Part shown: positions 60,182 to 64,000 of the stretch, piece after piece
How positions within the stretch are numbered: the first letter of the stretch is position 1
Layout: each line of letters starts with the position of its first letter
From: a bacterium
GTDB taxonomy: Bacteria; Zixibacteria; MSB-5A5; GN15; FEB-12
Length of the DNA: 64,000 nt
Direction of reading: 5' to 3'
Assembly: GCA_043811375.1 (NCBI GenBank)
Contig: JBDRNJ010000004.1
Span: 96,001 to 160,000 of the forward strand
Translations under genes and position numbers: made by a program
Notes under the pieces: generated by a model
Databases searched by the model: none
What the model was told of the DNA's origin: nothing
Seen by the model: only the letters and a program-made list of their open reading frames with translations

Positions 60182-61726
60182 CTAGCAGGACTTTACCTTA
60201 TTAGGTGACAGCACTGCAAGACTGATTGGTACTTCAACTTCGTTCCGCACCAGCAGCACATTACCGGTCGCAGAAGTGGATGGATGGTAAGACCTCGCAC
60301 TAAAGTGTCCGATTGGCGTATCTATTGATGGAGCAACAACACCTCGGCTAGGCAGTGCATCACCGCCGCCTTCAATGGTCACCCCAAAAGCCGCCAATGT
60401 ACTTACTCTGCAAGACTTGACAGCCAGAAGATGTTTGGCGATATCGACGGATAGGCTTATGTCGCTTTGTTTGGACGGAGCGTCAAGAGCCGATTGGCTG
60501 GTCGCCACGTTACAACCAGTAATGAGGAAAAGCAGGGCCAGCGCGTGGATGCCAGCAAATGCCCGTTGGAACATAACTCGAACAGGATTCTTCGGCTGCA
60601 AGCGCCCAAGAGCGGGTTTTGCCACTCGCTTAATCCGCTCGGCCTCACTGCTGCTAACCGAAATATTAAAGAGCTCTTTCAATCTCGATGCCCGACGCAG
60701 ACGAAGCGTGTTCGCCCAGCTCTCTAAACGAGGATCGTCATTTTCACTGCCCATCCTGTGTACCCTATTTATGTCATCCTCAAGCGTTGTATCGATCTTG
60801 CCGATATCGAGCAAGATTTCCGCTCGAAATGCCCTGGCCTCTCCCTCCACCTCCCAGTCGTTGTTCTCTGTTGCCCACTCAATGACGCCGACCAGCCTTT
60901 CCACTGCAGCCTGCGAATCGCCACGACGTCCCTCAACGTTAGCAATGTAGGCAAGCGAGAGTTGGGCCAAGTCCTCATACTTCCCGCCGTGCTCCCTGGC
61001 GAGCCTGATGGCTTCTTTCTGGTATTCAATTGCCTCTCCCCAGGAATCCCTCTTCTTAAGTCCCCCAAGCTGCACAATCGCTTGACCACAAATACTATTC
61101 GCGAAAATCAGTGCCTTCTCGTGCGGTTTCTCCAAGGTTGACACATACTTGGCCGACTTCAGAGCGTCTCTGGGCGCACCCCTGTGCAGGTCTGCGAGTG
61201 CCTTATTGATCTCAAGCCGGGATAGAACTTCATCTTTGAGGTCAGGAAGGTTGACAGCCGAATCGACCGTGTCCCAGGCCAATCCGAAACGAGAAAGATC
61301 AGTGTAGTACCGTGCCCTGAGCAACATCGCATCAGCGAGGAGATTCGAGTCATTTGACTCCCTCGCGAGATTCTCAGCTATCTTAATATAGGGATCAGCT
61401 TTCTTAGGCTGAGAAGGCGGACCACTAAGAAGACTATGGGCCACATCTCGACACTCTTCGAATGAGTGTCCGTTCTCCACCCCTGGGCCTTCGTTACCGG
61501 AAACGTTCTGACGATCCCGACTGAGTTGCTGGTGAAGAAAAACAGAGTCAACATCGAGCACTCGAGAGAGAGAGTCAACCGCTGCATCAGAAGGGAGCAG
61601 TCGCCCTGATAGCCATTTCGAAACGGTTGATCGAGTCACGCCCGCCATGCCCGCGAGTTTGGATTGGATGAGCCCAATGGCGTCCATCTCCCCCTGAAGC
61701 CATTCTCCGAAGTAAGACCTTTTCAT
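60182..61726 (-). CDS. XRE-family HTH plus TPR-like helical regulator with a hydrophobic/lipobox-like C-terminal extension
   Basis: QSKLAGMAGVTRSTVSKWLSG HTH; TPR-like helices; ALALLFLITGC near the C-terminus; AGGAG RBS. Confidence 0.75.
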   Translation of the reverse strand: MKRSYFGEWLQGEMDAIGLIQSKLAGMAGVTRSTVSKWLSGRLLPSDAAVDSLSRVLDVDSVFLHQQLSRDRQNVSGNEGPGVENGHSFEECRDVAHSLLSGPPSQPKKADPYIKIAENLARESNDSNLLADAMLLRARYYTDLSRFGLAWDTVDSAVNLPDLKDEVLSRLEINKALADLHRGAPRDALKSAKYVSTLEKPHEKALIFANSICGQAIVQLGGLKKRDSWGEAIEYQKEAIRLAREHGGKYEDLAQLSLAYIANVEGRRGDSQAAVERLVGVIEWATENNDWEVEGEARAFRAEILLDIGKIDTTLEDDINRVHRMGSENDDPRLESWANTLRLRRASRLKELFNISVSSSEAERIKRVAKPALGRLQPKNPVRVMFQRAFAGIHALALLFLITGCNVATSQSALDAPSKQSDISLSVDIAKHLLAVKSCRVSTLAAFGVTIEGGGDALPSRGVVAPSIDTPIGHFSARSYHPSTSATGNVLLVRNEVEVPISLAVLSPNKVKSC

Positions 61727-61785
61727 TGTTTCTCTCCTGATTAAATAAGTGTTTCCATCATCTGAATGCAATTGCTTCTAGAACT

Positions 61786-61813
61786 AATATACATGTGTTT
61801 ACAAGAATGTCAA
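61786..61813 (-). promoter_or_regulatory. Putative sigma70 promoter of the HTH-TPR/TIR operon
   Basis: TTGACA-N16-TATATT. Confidence 0.65.
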
Positions 61814-61906
61814 GAAGAAATTGTAACCTATTGTTAGCTATTAGAATAGAGACTACAACATGGTTCTTTACTATCGAGTTGATTGATGCTAACTAGTCCT
61901 GATGAT

Positions 61907-62163
61907 TGTAGATAGACTATACCTCGTGAGACATTTGGTGATATCTGGTGAGTCACAATATGGAGGTTGGTTTGTCTCGCAAACAGTTGCGATCATTTAG
62001 GCTGAAGACGCTGGTCTTGGAATTAGCCGAGACCCTGGATAGCAATGTCATATCGTGAATCTGATGTGCCGAGGTCGACGTTCTACCGATGGAAATAGGC
62101 GTATGCCGAACAGAGGAAGCCGGTCTGCTACTGAAGAAACCTGTCGCCAAGGGCCATCCGCGG
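61907..62163 (+). mobile_element. IS481-like remnant (left end plus degraded transposase N-terminus)
   Basis: TGT...GTGAGACATT end; fragments LKTLVLELAETLDSNV*, DVPRSTFYRWK*AYAE, EAGLLLKKPVAKGHPR with stops and frameshifts. Confidence 0.7.
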
Positions 62164-62378
62164 CCGCGGAGGACCTGGTGTTTCTAGTGGACTATCGCTT
62201 TGGCGGCGCACCTATGACAACTTGTCTGGAGGAAGGCAATGTTGACGGTTTAATTGGCCCTGTTGGTGCGGTCGACGTGTCCGACTTGACGTACCTCGTG
62301 GCCTACCTTTTTAGCGGAGGTCCACCTCCGCCACCGTGCCCAGAATATCGAGCCATACAGCGGAACAACGTCATCTAA
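62164..62378 (+). pseudogene. Orphan dockerin-coding 3' fragment
   Basis: EDLVFLVDYRFGG..CLEEGNVDG..VDVSDLTYLVAYLFSGGPPPPPCP with no signal peptide or upstream domain. Confidence 0.8.
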
Positions 62379-62386
62379 TCAAGGAT

Positions 62387-63460
62387 TCAACCAGCCAACA
62401 ACGCCCCAGCCCTTCTCTCCAAATTGACCCTTTTGTCAACGTGAGCCATATCCCGAGCATAGGCTGTGAGGCCCTGGACCATGCCCCAGAGGTTTGTTAC
62501 ATCCTCACCCTCTGCGGTGCCTGTGACCCACGCTCCAGAGACTTCCTTTTTTGTGAATGGCTTGGCTTTGAACCAGGCTAGTGTATCTTCAAGGCTATTG
62601 CCAATGCGCATTTCCATTGCCCTATCAGCTGTGACCCTGATCGAATCATCCAGGCCTGTATTCTCTGCAAATCTATTGAGAAGCGGTAAAGCTGCGTGAT
62701 AGAAGTGCTGCGGAGCATGGCTTCTGTGATAGATCTTCATTTCCTTGACGTTTTCAGCACCCCAGACAATATGGTTGCCACACACATAGTTATAGAGGAA
62801 TGTTGTTAAACCAAAGGTTGAAGCTCCAGTCTCGGAGTTCCAGATAAAGAAGCCTCTGCCGAGTCTGGCATTGCCTATTTCTACTGGGTTTTCATCATTA
62901 ACCATGAATGCAAACATGTCGTGATCTGAGGCATACAAACCGCTGTTTTCTGATTTGTTTGAAGAACGAGCAGGAGGAACCCGCCATGAAGTGCCTTGAA
63001 CAGCTCCTTTTAAACTCCTGACAACATCAGCATCCCATATCCGTCCATACGAGGCGCTTGTGAATGCAGATGCCCATAAATATGACGGATCGTTGGTTTC
63101 TGGGAATTCCTCTCTGACTAGAATCTTACTATTGGCGTCTGATCTCTTCAGACCGTGCTGAAGGCAGTCTTTTGCCATATCTGGCGGGAGAGTTCTCAGA
63201 TAACTGGCAGGAGCCTCAATGTTCCGACACAATTGCCCGAATGCCCAATTGGAAAGGAGTGCATGTTGGGCATTTCCGTTCAGAGCAACTGCTCCTTCAG
63301 GAGTTACTGTAAGTGGAAGATCCTGCAGGGATTGTAGTAGCTCCTTCGAATTTTGCTTTCTGTCGAGGGTAAAGGAGTACAGCTCATCTAGATTGGCAAA
63401 CCTCTGGTCAGGTGGTCTTGTTGCCCATTGTCTGTGTGCATCATAAAGGTTCTGTGGCAT
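62387..63460 (-). CDS. DUF932-like mobile-element protein
   Basis: QWATRPPDQRF, WAFGQL, YGRIWD, LYASDHDMF, RGFFIWNSETG, VCGNHIVWG, QGLTAYAR, LERRAG. Confidence 0.8.
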   Translation of the reverse strand: MPQNLYDAHRQWATRPPDQRFANLDELYSFTLDRKQNSKELLQSLQDLPLTVTPEGAVALNGNAQHALLSNWAFGQLCRNIEAPASYLRTLPPDMAKDCLQHGLKRSDANSKILVREEFPETNDPSYLWASAFTSASYGRIWDADVVRSLKGAVQGTSWRVPPARSSNKSENSGLYASDHDMFAFMVNDENPVEIGNARLGRGFFIWNSETGASTFGLTTFLYNYVCGNHIVWGAENVKEMKIYHRSHAPQHFYHAALPLLNRFAENTGLDDSIRVTADRAMEMRIGNSLEDTLAWFKAKPFTKKEVSGAWVTGTAEGEDVTNLWGMVQGLTAYARDMAHVDKRVNLERRAGALLAG

Positions 63461-63798
63461 TCAAATTGGAATATCTGTTTCTTTATTTGCTTTGTGCCTG
63501 TTTAGAGGTGGAACGCTGGAGAAAAAGAAAAAGAAAAAGGCCTGGCAGCCATCCTTACTGCCTTGTCATCACAAGACCCGACCCGTAATAATTCTCCAGC
63601 CCATGCCGATAATAAAATTATAGAGCCCCCGGCCGGCGAAGACCATTGGTATAATATGTTGGAATACAATCACTTCTGGGGCCAGAAATTGAGCCTATTT
63701 AATCTGGTTGCGATCTCAAGCGCCGAAGAGTAAATTCTGTCACAATATGCGTTATGATTTGTTCCAAACATTTAAGTACAGTGGAGTCATGTAGTTCC

Positions 63799-64000
63799 AT
63801 GAGGGGAAGTCGCTTGGACGCTGATGTCATTGTACTTGGGGCGGGAATCGCCGGTTTACTTATAGCAAGTGAGCTATCGAAACAGGCATCAGTAATCGTC
63901 ATCGAGAAAGAGTCCTCAATCCCAAAAAACAAATATTGGCTCACCAACAAGCGAAGCGTTAGCCTGAATCCCGAACTGAAGCATTGTATTGACAGCCATT
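63799..64000 (+). CDS. FAD/NAD(P)-dependent oxidoreductase (5' partial, runs off the window)
   Basis: DVIVLGAGIAGL...VIVIEK Rossmann motif. Confidence 0.75.
   Translation, partial: MRGSRLDADVIVLGAGIAGLLIASELSKQASVIVIEKESSIPKNKYWLTNKRSVSLNPELKHCIDSH

Larger units (their letters stand above)
49056..64000. mobile_element. tRNA-integrated genomic island (right end outside the window)
   Basis: att fragment, arm-type repeats, tyrosine integrase, DUF932-like gene, TIR gene, IS remnants, visibly lower GC than the core. Confidence 0.72.

Overview
Bacterial chromosome segment, most likely from candidate division Zixibacteria or a related FCB-type lineage. This is inferred from many secreted proteins ending in the dockerin-like tail 'GDxDGxGxxDVGDLTYLVAYLFQGGPxP' and from a YPNPFN/FlgD-T9SS-like C-terminal domain. 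1-25.2 kb is GC-rich core genome: prfA, rpmE, a heterodimeric ABC exporter behind a leader-peptide attenuator, a split RsmF-like methylase, trmB, prpD, lysS, coaD, comEA, tgt, radA, mlaFE, dnaB, UDG, coaBC and smg, with mosaic REP-like palindrome clusters between genes. 25.6-41.1 kb is dominated by dockerin-tagged secreted proteins (beta-helix, S8 protease, putative cohesin-dockerin adaptors), interleaved with an amber-interrupted MrfA-like helicase, a degenerate archaemetzincin and deoC. 41.6-48.6 kb is a lower-GC SulP/two-component cluster. A duplicated tRNA-Ser-like 3' end at 49056-49075, followed by phased repeats and arm-type direct repeats, marks the left boundary of an integrated element running past the window end. 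The element carries a dockerin-tagged S8+C25 double protease, an LVIVD protein, an archaeal-looking module (tyrosine integrase preceded by two BRE-TATA-like boxes, a ~190-nt hairpin, tiny ORFs including a PC4-like protein, GAA-triloop hairpins), a pentapeptide-TIR gene, an HTH-TPR regulator with a fused lipoprotein-signal-like tail, IS481 remnants and a DUF932-like gene. All calls come from reading motifs by eye; no searches were run.
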